Below, piece by piece: positions 24,701 through 36,959 of a DNA stretch of 64,000 nucleotides. Position 1 is the stretch's first letter; every line of letters starts with the position of its first letter. A program made the translations under genes and the position numbers. The notes beneath the pieces are model-generated. The model was not told where the DNA came from. It searched no databases and saw only the letters and a program-made list of their open reading frames with translations. The DNA is taken from contig CM074805.1 in the NCBI GenBank assembly GCA_037447605.1, forward strand, positions 1,335,361 through 1,399,360, in the 5' to 3' direction. This stretch comes from Zygnema circumcarinatum SAG 698-1b (lineage: Eukaryota > Plantae > Zygnematophyceae).

Positions 24701-26192
24701 GCATAATGGCTACGCCTTGGTTGACTTCACTGAACACTGTGAAAGTGCACCAGGGAAGTATATGGGATGCTAACTTGCTATGATTGAATAGAATTCCGGT
24801 GTGTTAGAAGCTTCCTGCAGTGTTAACTTGAGTTTTTTCCTTACGAAACGACTACTAAATGACTTTCCCCTTTTTTTTTAACAGCAGATGAGCGTTCCGG
24901 CAGCAGCTCCCTCAGAGATGAGCCTGCTCCCAGTCCACCATTCAGATTTCCCCCCTCCCATGAGTCAAACTCAAGTCTCCTCCTTGGCAAATACCCTCGG
25001 TGTGATCGGCCGAAAGAGCACCCTTGATCTCGGAGCAATTGGAGATAGTCTTAACAGCGCAGCGGCAGGGGGACAGTTGGCAGCAGGAGGAGCAGCTCCC
25101 CTGGGATATGACCACACGCAGAGTTTGTCTCTTCTAGAGTCGTCTTTCCGGAACATTCCGCATCCGAGAGATTCAGAGCGGCCCAAACCACATCATACTG
25201 TGAGCATGCATATGCCTTTAAGCACTCAGACACTCCCTTGGAGTAATGGCTTCCTCGTAACTGGTGGTCTGTAGGGTCAATTTGGAGGGGGTGATGTAGT
25301 GTCAGGTTCACATTTGAGTGTTTGGTGGAGGGGGATAGTTATGCGATTTTTCTTACTGCTTTGTTGGGTGAGGGATGATGTGGCTTACAGCAGAGAAGCC
25401 CTGTTGTAGCGCCTGCCAGCTACCCGCAGACACCTGCAAGCATCATAGACAACCCGGCTCTGTGGGAGAGGCTGGACATGGATGTGCTGTTCTTTGCATT
25501 TTACTACCAGCAGGTGACAACTTGTTCCCAACAAACGCCTTCGCCTTTAGTGATGAGTCCTGCATTGCTGGGAAAACCGTAAAGCCCCACTTGGATGTCT
25601 TTGCGAGCATGTGAGAGGTATGGCTGTAACACCCCATTGAGATCAACGCTGAAGGCTTGGGGCTGTGCGTTCTGTGGGCCTTTTAATGGGAGGCAGGGCA
25701 CGTATCAGCAGTATTTGGCGGCCCGGGAACTGAAAAAGCAGTCTTGGCGATACCACAAAAAGTACAACACTTGGTTTCAGCGGCACGAAGAGCCGAAAAT
25801 GACGACGGATGAGTTTGAGCAAGGGACATACGTCTACTTCGACTTCCACATTGTGCACGATGACTATCAAACCGGCTGGTGGGCGTCTTTCTCAAATTTT
25901 GCCACGCGTTAAAGCTGAAGCTTGCAGGGAGCGAGAGGGAGAGAGGGAGTTTGTGTGTGAGGGAGGGAGAGATATATGAGAGCAGACCATTGTTTTGGTC
26001 TCCTAGAAGTCTACATTACGGCTTGGCTTGCTTCCCTTCTGCATAAGCAACCAAAACAGTAGAGGGCGAATTACTGCCTGACTGTTTCTAATGGAGGAAA
26101 AAAGTGCGGTTGGGTTTTGTTTCAGGTGTCAGCGCATCAAGACGGAGTTCACCTTCGAGTACAGTTATTTGGAAGACGAACTCGCTGTGTAG
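18718..26192 (+). CDS. NOT3: CCR4-NOT complex subunit NOT3 (Not3 N-terminal domain plus NOT2/3/5 box); multi-exon
   Basis: [74 protein letters not shown], a low-complexity middle, [43 protein letters not shown], and last exon [21 protein letters not shown]. Middle exon limits were not all resolved. Confidence 0.96.
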
Positions 26193-27034
26193 AGGGGGGA
26201 GAGAGTGGGAGGAGTTGGGGGTCCATCCACCATGACTCGGGCCGGGCCCGACTCACTTAGTCAACTCATTTTTGGCAGCGATAGCCACAAAACCAACTGC
26301 TTAGGAAGATGGCCGACCGGCGGTTCCTTTTCCGAAATCTAGGAAATTCAAGTTCCACAATTTTGCGGAACTTCGAGCTGTGCCTTAGTGTGAATAGTAG
26401 GGAAGGCGCACAAGGGAGCCGGCCGACTTTGTTGTATTTAATTCCACTCTGGACCAACACAAAAGCTGCAAATGCGGCCACTTCTATGCACCGCCTGTTC
26501 CTTTGTGTTCATTTTCGGCTTTTTTGTGCTCTCTCATTGGTTGCAAGACGATGTAACAGGATATACTCTGATCAGTTTGTTTTCCAGTCCATGGTAACAG
26601 CACAGAACGAGAAGCTGCTGCCTCTCATCGACACCCGCATAGACCTTCAATAGAAGAAAGCTTTTGAAGTGAGCCAGTGCAGAGCCGCTCCCCGTGATAG
26701 ACTTTACAATGGCCACTGGAGCCATCAAACAGGGCTACAAGAAGGTTTTGAGTATACGATACATTATGCTCTAATAGTCGTACCCGTTCCCTGTATAGCC
26801 GTAGTGAGGTAGGAAGGAAGGGAATAAGAATAAGTTTCATCTACCGGTCCTCTCTTTTCTTCTCTCCTTTTTTCTAATTTAATACAATACATGCGTGAGA
26901 CTACGAGGCTCGTCAGTCCTTCAAGCTGCGGTTACAAGTTTAAACGAAGGAAGCAAACTAGCCCTACGCGGCTTCTGGATTATTTTGCCTCCAGCAGAAT
27001 TCTCGTCTATTCTTTCTCACATTCCGCACTGCTT

Positions 27035-30000
27035 CTAGACCTCCGCCTGCACCATCTGCTCCTGGCGGAGCTTCTCAAGCATGGAGTAGTTGCGCTTCAT
27101 GGCCGCGAGAATGAAGTCGCCGCCTGTGACAGGAGGGTACTTCTTGAGGGGGCCCTCGATGATGGAGCTCTTGTTGGCCTGGTTGAAGTAGGCAATGCTG
27201 TACCGCGGACCCTGCAATTCAACAACAGCCCAAACGCCTTAAGTCAACGTCTCATACACCAACTAATGTGGACCTGACAGACCTACTAAAGCCCATCTTC
27301 GAAGTAGGAGTTCCCAACAACACGCTCTATTCACAAGGGATTGCGTGAATAAAGAAATCAAACAACTGGAGCCGAAACCACAGACAAAGCTATTATTATG
27401 AAAGGCAAAGGCCCTGGTCTACATGCATAGATCTAAATCTACAAGAAGCGAAGGATCGAGAATATGGGAGATAGGAGCGCACTGTGTACTCGTCCGGCCG
27501 GGGTGTTCGCACGCGATGAAAGTTGGACTTGAGGGCGTCATCGCTCCATTGCATCAACATATCCCCTATGTTGATTGTGATGGCGCCCTTCACAGGTGCT
27601 ACTGGAGTCCACTCATTTCCAGCTGCAAAGTCAGTGCTGGCCTCACGACCTGCAGTTCAACTCCTGGCACTTGGTTAGCGAAAGAGAGGTGGAGAGTGTG
27701 GAAAGAGTGGGGAGCAGACGGAGGAGGAAGGAGGGAAAGGGACTCGAGTAGGAGACAAGGGGAAGGGAGGGACGGAGAAAGCCGACGGAGAGGAGGAAGG
27801 AGAAGAAAAAGTGGGAGATGGGACGAGGAGGCAGGAGAGTGGTACAGTAGTAGGATGCCAAGCTATTGCATGATTATCACCTGGGCAAACCTCCAAGCCC
27901 TCTTGGCCAATCCGCTGAAATAGAAGTGTGAGGGTATCAAAGTCAGTGTGGGCTCCAGCCCGCCAGAATTTCGGATCATACGGCTTCCCAGTAATGTCAA
28001 AGTAATGGAGCATTCGAAGAGTTTGCTGACAGTCCTGCTTTGTGGGATCATGGTGCTGATCAAAGAAATCCTGTGTGTGGAGAAAAATCCGGTAGCACCC
28101 GTAAACTAGGGTCAGATTGTGATATTTAAACCATTCAACTTTGAACACCTTTGAACTGCTGAAGTTGAACTATGTACATGGAACGAGTGAAGGGAAGTCG
28201 TTCCAGTAGAGGCCAAAACTCACCTCCGAAAATCCAAGGCCTATTGCAAAACAGGAGAGGAGTCGCAGCGACACCGCCTGCACTTGCTCCATGAAACTCT
28301 GAGTGAAGGCTGTGAATCCTGGGCAGTCCTCTTCAGCAGGCCACTTTCCTTCCATGTTTACGTATCCCATCTGCAAAGACGTGTAACATAGAGTTGAGTT
28401 AAATGCGTCAAACAATAGAAAACACACCAAAAAAATTGAACATTGGGTTACGCAATATCTTCAACCATGCTCGCCATAAGGTGCTATCCCGCCACAGCCG
28501 GTGGCCCACTGTGTCAAGATGTGATCACCAATCCAGCTGCATATAGGCTGCCTGCAGAGCAGCTAAGGGCCTCTATACTCATGCCAGTAGCTTTAAACAC
28601 TTAGCATATAGTTTGTACAGCAAGGCTTGATCATCTCATGTTACCAAACAGGTTTAGCTTGTTTAGCTTGCTTGCTTTCACCAAACAATGGATTGTCGTG
28701 ACATTCCATCAAATACCGCTGTGCCAGAGAGCACCCTGCAAACGGAACCATGGCCAGAGGTATATTTCGTTGCTGCCATAAATTTCCCAAGACAATGAGC
28801 TACCTTTATCGTTCTAAATTTCTAGCATTATGCGGGCTGCTTCCATTGCTAAAAAGTATAGCTCGTTTTCTGATAGAGCAGAATGAACGTTTGAGTCGGC
28901 CTAGAAGGGGCTACACACGGCAATACCAAAAGTGCATTCCATTTACCTGGAGGGACTCCTTGAGGTCGGCAGTTCCAGTGGACGGACGGATTTGGCCCTG
29001 CTTCTCCCATCCGACATTCTTCTCCTTTACGAGGGCATTCTTCGCCTTCACATCATCAGGCATTCCGAAATACTTTGCTGCGTACTCAAATGCTGTTACA
29101 TTTTCCAATCCATCCACCCAAGATAGGCATCGCATCAGAGCAGAAGACGAGGAAAAACGGATCACTATAGAAGGGAGGACCATGATGGACGGGAACTGTG
29201 TAAATAACTACATTATGGCAAAGCCTATCAAGAAAAAGTAGCCTCATTTATTATATCCACTTCCTTCCTCCAGTCGTTTGTACCCCGTTGGCTTTGTTTG
29301 CCACCCTTGAGCTGTCGCTTCCAGCTCGATTGCAATTGGAAAAAGGACTAAAGTCTCAAACCTCCTTCCAAATAATATATCACTTTTTCTGTTTCACCTT
29401 GGATAGTCTAGACTCTAGGGCCTCGTAATCAAAACCTTCGAAGTGACTTCACTCCATTGTATACTTTTGAAAAAATCCTGTATCTGACAAAGCCTCACTT
29501 GCTGGTCGTCACGTTCTAAGAAGCGCAACCGAGATTCAGTGGAGAAGCAATAAGCGGTACAGGAAATGAAAGAAGTAGATGATAGAAAAGATTAAAATAA
29601 GACACGAGCAACTTTAAAGTTAACAGTAATTTGCGAAAGCTTCAAAAGTCCATCACTTTCAGTCCATGCCATCTGAAAATCCGTGCGAGGAACATGTTTT
29701 ATACTTCTTAGTGAAAGGAGGAAGGACGAAAGAGCTAAGCTGCCTCCAAATCAACAATTGAACGAGGAGACATCATGCCGGCATCACTACTTCACCTTTG
29801 TCAATCAGCTCTTCGGGGATGCCGTGCCCGACTACAGTGAAGAACCCTATCTCTTTCGACGCCTGCATTATCTCCTTCACTATCTGCAACCCTCCATACA
29901 ACGTATCACGCGTAAGGCAGTGAGAGCTTACCAAGACATTAGTATTGACGTGGAGATTGGCATAGCTCATATACACTTTGCAAAAGGCCGCAACTTATCG

Positions 30001-30145
30001 GTTTCTTTCAGAATGACAAAGCCTTAAAGCAAGCACCAGATTACCAGACTTCAGCAGCAAGCCTGCAAGCAAGCATGCAGCGCACCTCTGCCTTCCTCTG
30101 CTCGAAGTTAGACATGTCGATGGTGGGCACTGCGCGCTCTGCCAT
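27035..30145 (-). CDS. 2-oxoglutarate/Fe(II)-dependent dioxygenase (DIOX_N + 2OG-FeII_Oxy), 7 exons
   Basis: MAERAVPTIDMSNF/IVKEIMQASKEIGFFTVVGHGIP, HTD (HxD) in RAGAHTDFDTLTLLFQ, INIGDMLMQWS, distal His in KSNFHRV, and RYS (RxS). Junctions are in frame. Confidence 0.93.
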
Positions 30146-30654
30146 CTTGGCAATTCAGACGAGAGAGACTCTAATGAAAAAATTCACAAAAACACTCGTT
30201 CTAAGATGCCTCCAAAGCTCACAAAACACCGCAAAAAGACTGTTGTTGCTCAGCGTTATGCTGGATGCAGGTTCTCCTTCTCTTGCGTCCTCCTTGAGCA
30301 GGAGCCAATCACAATTGGCCACGTCAATAAATTTATGACGTGGCAATCTGAGATTGGCCCAGCCTCCCTGCTGAGTCCCGGACCGACAGTCACGTGGTTG
30401 CTGAGTGGTGGGCTCGAATCCACCCAAAAAACAATTACTGAATCCACGTTTCCCATTGGTTTCCTCTGGTTCAAGCACTCCGATCCACAGGCCTCTCACG
30501 GATCCACCTGGCCACGGCTGCCGGCGCGAGCAGGGTGGCGGCTCCAACCGACCTACGCGGGCAGCGAGCGAAGGCGGCGTAGGTCGGCACATGTCCAGCC
30601 GTAACGTTATCGCGCAAAGATCGCGAGAGCGCTGTACGAACTTCTGTACAATGG

Positions 30655-30664
30655 AAAAAAAAAA
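30655..30664 (-). terminator. Pol III oligo-T terminator of tRNA-Ser
   Basis: T10 on the minus strand about 20 nt past the tRNA 3' end. Confidence 0.8.
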
Positions 30665-30685
30665 GATTTTTGATTCCGATTAAAG

Positions 30686-30767
30686 CGTGTTCGGCAGGAT
30701 TCGAACCTGCGCGGGCAAAGCCCACAAGATTTCTAGTCTTGCTCGATAACCACTCCGACACGAACAC
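30686..30767 (-). tRNA. trnS-AGA: tRNA-Ser (anticodon AGA), 82 nt, with long variable arm
   Basis: GTGTTCGTGTCGGAGTGGTTATCGAGCAAGACTAGAAATCTTGTGGGCTTTGCCCGCGCAGGTTCGAATCCTGCCGAACACG: acceptor stem, CAAGA/TCTTG anticodon stem, GTTCGAATC T-loop; upstream CAA and an AT-rich element. Confidence 0.97.
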
Positions 30768-31224
30768 TTGATGTCATGAAATGGGTTTGTAACACTTTAT
30801 AATATTTTAAACACAGGTACCATATATAGAGCTGGTTTGTGTTACATTAGTTTCATACACTACGCAATCAAGATCAACGCCACGTCCTCCCCTTGGCCAG
30901 AAATATCCATGTGCATAACTAGCATATGCGTGTTCATATTGCTCCAACTCCTCCCTCTCCCCATACTCTTTCACCTTTTGGACGTTTCTCTCTTTCGTAT
31001 TACCTTTCACTTTCTCTTGCATCACTTTATTTTCATTTCTCATAAGCTTTTGAAAAATACAAACTACAGGAATTTTTCCAATGTCCCAAAGCCCACCATC
31101 GTCTAGCTCGACTTCCTCCACATTGCCAACAACACCGCAACAACGCATCATCCTTCACGCGCTCCCTTGCAATGTGCACCCATCCAGTGACTACCATTCA
31201 AGTTTCATGACATTATCGTTGCAG

Positions 31225-31626
31225 CTCAAAGATGCTGAGTTGGCCAAGCTGCGAGATGAGTGCAATCGTTTAGCGCCACTGCCATTGTGCACGAAGCAGA
31301 TGTACGGCAGCTGAGAGGCGAGCTGGAGGTTCTTGAAGGTGTGAACGCGGAAGTGGTGCAACTGCGCAGGGAGGTTCAGCAATTGGAGGACGAGGGAGGG
31401 GATGTGAGGGACACTCTGCGAGCTAAGGAGGTAGAACTGGGGAAAGTAAAGACTAAAGAGAGCTGGAGGATTTGGTACTTAAAGCTCAGAAGGTGGAGGA
31501 GGAGGTATATATAGAAAGAGGCCTGAAGCAGAAGAGTTGCAGGCTTAGTTGGGAAGCACAAAGGAGGACTTGCTGACTCAGCAGCAGGCGACCCATGATG
31601 CAGAACTGGAGCAGATAAAGCAACAG
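31225..31626 (+). pseudogene. Decayed coiled-coil exon (about 3 frameshifts and 1 stop), bounded by AG/GT
   Basis: Stitched frames give LKDAELAKLRDECNRL/..VRQLRGELEVLEGVNAEVVQLRREVQQLEDE../ELEDLVLKAQKVEEE/EAEELQA*LGSTKEDLLTQQQATHDAELEQIKQQ, then gtaagc. Confidence 0.6.
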
Positions 31627-32304
31627 GTAAGCTGGCATGATCGATGGTGGTGAACTTCAGTTCTGCAGCAAAATGGAAATGTGCAAGTAGGTCACAGTAG
31701 ATATGTGTCCCACACAATGTTGGGTTAGAGCAAAAAATTGCGCAACAAGAAGAAAGTAGCCGTGTTCTTCATTAGCATTATCACTAGTCGGTCAGTGTGG
31801 GCCGTACTAAGGAGTTAGGGTGGCCCTCAAAGCTGTTTGACCAAATTCCAAGGCCAAGCTATTGAGACGGCTTACGTGTTTCCGTCTGCTTTGCATTTGG
31901 GGCAAAACAGAGACTCCGTTTTTGCCAATTGTACAACACGGGAGACTGGAGAGCCACCCATTACAATAATGTATTTAAAAAAACACTGAGAACCAACTGG
32001 CCAGAGAAATTGCAACATGATCATGTCAAAGCTTCACAACGGATCAGACATATCAAACTCAAGGCACTCCTTTATAGGGCAATACATTTTACAGAGGAAA
32101 TCACTTAACTCATTTCCTCATTTCTCTCTACTCTGTACAAGACGTTATCCTGACAAGGGTAGCTCATCGGTGATATAAGTACACCCTGGGACAAAAACTA
32201 TTCCTTAACAACATTGGAATTCCTTGTGTATATCAAGTAAAGACTAGATGCAAACTGGTGAACAGTAGGGTACAGAACCAGGCTGAGTTAAAAAAGTTGA
32301 CCAA

Positions 32305-33792
32305 TCAAATGAATGAAAGAAGTGCTGTTGTGAGACTCGATACCACCCTCCAGCTGAGGCCAAAGTACAAGCGAAGTGCTGCCATTGGAATCCTGACGCC
32401 CAGTCCAATAGGTCCTCTCGCAGCGCTGAGCACGTCCATGGCAGCTCTGGTTTCATTCAGGAGCAACCTGAGTCCTGCATCAACGATACCTTCACTCTCT
32501 ACTCTCACTTGTGGATTTATATTATCACTGTTCCCAACAGCATCGAAATACCAACCATCCCCTTGATGTATCTGCTGCTTGTCTCTACAACTCTCGATTT
32601 GTTCCTGATGAACTGCACCTTGAAATGTGCGGGGAGCGTCAACTTGCACCTGGTGCGGGCTAGCTTGCTTGGGAGTGCAAGACTCTGCCAGATTCTTATC
32701 TGCGCAAGAGTTGAGATGAACATGCTGGCTCTTTCCATTAATACAGTGTTCAGGCGTACGAGCCATCGAGTCACAAACTTCCGACGGCCTTCGAACTGCT
32801 TCAGGCCCCTCATGAGATAACTTTTGAACCCAATGCAGGAAAACGGATAAAAGCTCATGGACGCAAGGGTCCACGACAACGTCCTCCGTAGCTACCACAT
32901 TGCGCACAAGGTGTTGCAATGGACATCCCCGGGTCAATGCCTGGTCGAGCACTGCAGATAATCTGCTTTCCAGGTCAACTCCCAATGTGTTTCTCAAAGC
33001 AGCTTCAGCTTCACGCAGACTTCTAAGAACAGCTTGCAACTCCATGAATGTGGACTTCAATTGCGATGCAAGAGCGACCTTATCCATTTCGAGAATGTGA
33101 ATCGTCTCCTTGAGTTGAATCTCAGTGCTGTTGGCTGAAAGTAAAGCATTGTTGACCTCTTCGCATTTGCTTGCTAGTCTCTCCATTTCACTGTACAAGA
33201 CAAGTGGAAAGTAAGAGTTGGACAGCGGGAAACAAGCAGCGTGAAATATGAAGGTCAGCTGTTGAGGTAGCAAATGAATTTGACAGGTACAGTTGAAAGA
33301 CGGCAAGATGGAAAGGAACAAAGGATGATTGTCGCTTTTGTCAGTCCTGTTCTTTCAGCTTTGCAATAATGAAAAGGATCGACAGAGGATATTGTAGCAC
33401 ATTGTTATCCATAGCTAACTTACTTCTTATTTCGCCCTAGTCTCGTTGGCAATCTCAGGAAGTTTACGATGCTAAGCAATTCTGAACAATGAATTGAATA
33501 ACCTCCACCTAAAGTGCCTGCAATTAGCAGAAACAAGAAACGTGCTTCGGTTTCCATACCTAACAAGAAACGCTCCCGCCTCCCTTTCCTCATTCAGATT
33601 TTTCTGCACGGCAATGTTCATTTTCTTGAGCTTGTGCACCTCGGATTCCCTCTTCTGTAGATCATCTCTCAGTTTTGCCCAGCTCGTCAATAATGGTATG
33701 AGGGCGCGCTGCAACGTCAGATTGCTTGCAGATTGAACCTGTTCCTTCACTTCCTCCATAGAGACATTTTGTTTTGACGTGCGGCATAACTC
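32305..33792 (-). CDS. Uncharacterised coiled-coil protein; exons 33792-33560 and 33190-32305; N-terminus unresolved
   Basis: The two exons join in frame (AFLV/SEMERLASK); the second has ~295 open codons; heptad-rich N-terminal half; no family recognised. Confidence 0.65.
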
Positions 33793-34236
33793 CTGTACAA
33801 AAAGATGAGTTCAGCATGCTCGCTCAGAATAAAGAAAATTAACGAGGCATTCCTCAAATACCAATCCCAATAAAGAATGCGAAGGCAAGCACATTACATC
33901 TGACAGCATTGAAATGTAGCCTGAAACCACAAATTTCACAAACAGATTTAAGCGTTACACGCACCTGAACCAGACTCCCAGGCAGCATAGTACTGCCGTC
34001 CGCAGCAACGCACTTACTAGCCGTTCGTGAAGCAGAAGTCTCCATATCCCGTGCTGCGACTACTATTCATCCAGAAAGATCAAGCAGCATGCCTTACATA
34101 TTCACAGTAGACATCTTTGCCCTCGGCCGTCCCGCCATAGCCTGCCCTGCCTACCTTCCTAATTTGTGGTTCTGACAGCCTGGAAAAGTCGACATCCAAT
34201 GTGGGACGGCCGAAATCTCAGGGGGAATCTCCTATA

Positions 34237-34290
34237 CCGTACTCTGTCCGTACTATATTCGTACAATCATGTACTTTTTTTTCTGTACGG
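34237..34290. promoter_or_regulatory. Dense GTAC/CCGTAC cluster (SBP-domain binding-site type)
   Basis: Five GTAC cores in 54 bp (CCGTAC 34237 and 34248, TCGTAC 34259, GTAC 34271, GTACGG 34285), upstream of the minus-strand coiled-coil gene. Confidence 0.55.
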
Positions 34291-34908
34291 CGCATTTGAT
34301 ACTCTCAGGTGCAGGATGGCACTGAGTAGGTCAAGGAGCACAAAGGGGACACTGTTCGATGGCTAGCGGACATTGCAATGACAAATGTTACACTGGTCAA
34401 TGTTCATGTGCTTGCGGTTCACAATGAACAATGTTGAACATTTCATTTTAAGGCTTGCATGCCTCACATGGTCTCGTCGAATTGCCGAACAAGGTTGTGT
34501 GACACATTTGCCAATTCATAGTATGAACTTGTGAGAGTCTGAAACGTGATCTCGAGAATGCACTGCTCAGCTGGTGGAGACCAATTCCGGAGTGAGGCAT
34601 TCGACGACAGAGTCCATTTTCCAGCTCCGGCAAGGACCATTACTCCATTCGTCCAAACGACGATTCAGGAAATGCCATGCGTTCTCCGACATGGAGTCGA
34701 GGATCGATGGGCTTTCAGTGTCAACATTGCACGTGGTTACCAGCAACATGTCACAGTCCTAGCAGTCCCAGGAGGAGGAGGCTAGAGGAACAGTTACAGG
34801 TGCTCTTTCGTAAGCTAAACACGAACACGGTCATTCAGTTTTCCATCAATACATCTGCCACCATGAAGCCCAAATATGGAGGTGCCCTAAACCTGCCCTG
34901 GTGTAACT

Positions 34909-36959
34909 TCACTTAAGTTCTAACAAGCGCAGGAAGACTGATGGTGCCGCTATCCGAACCCGCAGATCCGCAATGTCAATATCATGTCCGCCCTCCACGA
35001 ATCCCCACTCCTCCACCTACACAGGAAAAAAACACACCTGTTAGTCATCGCTGCAGGCACACATAGCACCAACAGGCAACAATCCTCCGTACTTTACTAA
35101 AGTCTTCCTCGTATTCGCATTGCTGTGACAAAATATCCACCAGCATGATGTGAATTACGAGGGAGAGTAGAACCCTGTTTGCCCTAATCTGTTTGCCAGT
35201 CTTCAGCAAAGTGAATGGGATTCATTTGGCAGCAGCACCTGATAATCCTCCTCCAATCGGGCTGCTACAATTGCCTCATAGATTCCGAGCCGTTCTCGAG
35301 CCACTGCCAGTGCAATGACAAGGGAACGCGCAGATCCCGCGAGTGAATCAATGGCTGCCAACTCCCAGTCGTCTGCTGCTCTCAGAGCTTTGGCCATGGC
35401 TTCCACTACAGCCGGTGGCTGGTCGGGGACCAAGAGCTCGGAGGACGTTGAAGGCCGCACTCCAATTTCAGATTCAACCCACTCAAAGAGAGGGTCCCAG
35501 ACTTGGACCTGCTTAGCTGCCACAGCAGAGAGCAAAAGCTTTACTGGCAAAAACTTTCGTGCCATGTAAGCATGTTCTCAAGGTTCAACTCGGAAAAAAT
35601 AAATGAAAGAAATGATAATCTAACCTTGAAGACGCCAAAAACACTTTCAGAATCAGGGTGAAAAGGGAGACCCAATTAGGTGATGAGGTGCTGGAGGCAC
35701 CTCGGGCACGCAGCAGGGACTAGCCTGTGCTTGCGCTTAAATTCCTCAATTAGATGAACCAATCCTTTTCTAGTTTACAACATCTCTTTGCATGATTAAG
35801 TGTCTAAAGTAAAAAAAAATGAAGTTCTGTCGGTTCGTGTTACGGAAAAAAATACCAAATAGGGCAAACATTAAATGCTAAATGCAACACACTGGAAAAA
35901 AGGATAAAGGCCGATTTGACTTGCTCTGAGATTTTCCTTCCTATCCAGTCAAAGAGCGCAAAGTGAATCGTGATCCATCGTGCAAGTATGCCTGGTGACG
36001 AGGAGAAGCCACTCACTCACTCGTAAGCAGAGACGGGGGAGCTCGACAGCACACGGAATCGGAATGGAAGTATGTGAGCAAGGTCTCGATGATGCCGTCG
36101 CGGTCCAAAGGGACCTGATCAATAGCTGTCGCTGCCAGCTTCATTAGGGGCATAGTGTGCGGCCGAAGCTGTCTGCCTTCCTGCAAGATAGCATAACAGG
36201 GAGAGAAGTGCAGGAGCCTTGTATGGATTTGAGCACACGCACATTAAGAAAAATTACATAGCCCTAGCACCTCCCTGATCTCTTTCCTCCTGTCGTCTCT
36301 CTGCATTGTCCTCGTGCTCTCACCTGCCACTCCCATTCCGCAGCAATAGCGAGCGCTAGCGCCTCCGTCGGAACCCTAACCTCCTTCTTGGCGGGAGTCT
36401 TCAGCACCCGATGGTCAAGTTTCACGACCCAGCCATGGCCATCTCCGGCAGGAGCTGCGCCCGCTTTCTTGTAAAACCTCGGAGCTTTGCTCCCGGTTAG
36501 AGGCACCATCGTTTCTCTCTCAGGCGCCTTCTTTCCCTCCTCGCCCTCCCCTCCCTCCCCTCTCTCCTCCCCTGAGGGAGACGAGGCTTCAGCAGGGTGC
36601 CCTCCCGCTGTGAAGAGCGTTTCATCTCGAGAAGCTTTTGAAGCAAAGGCCCTGCAAAACGGCGGGGGAAGCTCCTCCTTCCAGCCATGGCTTCCGCGCA
36701 GAGGGGCTCCCCTTGGACGGGGCAGAGGAGAAGAAGAAGGCCACGTGGCAGGCCCCTGTGCAGCGGCCCGTGCCACGTGGCGCCAAATGCGCCCAATTGA
36801 GGAGAAGCCCTTGGGCCAACCCATCTGCACCTGCTCGAGAACGCGCCACGTGGCAGCTTTGGCCGATGGCAAGGCTCGAGAAGGCGCCACGTGGCGGAGG
36901 GAGAGCAGCCGGAGCCTGCTGCTGCCGCTGCGCGCTGACCGTACAAACTCGTACGGCAT
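34909..36959 (-). CDS. ATP12: Mitochondrial F1-ATPase assembly chaperone ATP12 (ATPAF2); exons 36959-36324, 36180-36021, 35516-35239, 35016-34909
   Basis: RFYKKA..VKLDHRVLKTPAK..PTEALALAIAAEWEWQ, RPHTMPLMKLAATAID, QVWDPLFEW, ARLEEDYQ/VEEWGFVEGGHDIDIADLRVRIAA. The inferred presequence carries an R-A-F-A-S cleavage-like motif; the start is uncertain. Confidence 0.94.

Noticed and set aside
30145-30767. Dicistronic tRNA-Ser/2OG-dioxygenase transcript (same strand, ~540 bp apart)
   Set aside because: A T10 terminator follows the tRNA and nothing in the sequence supports read-through.
34197-34207. snRNA upstream-sequence-element-like GTCCCACATTG on the minus strand
   Set aside because: No TATA box at the expected spacing and no recognisable snRNA downstream.
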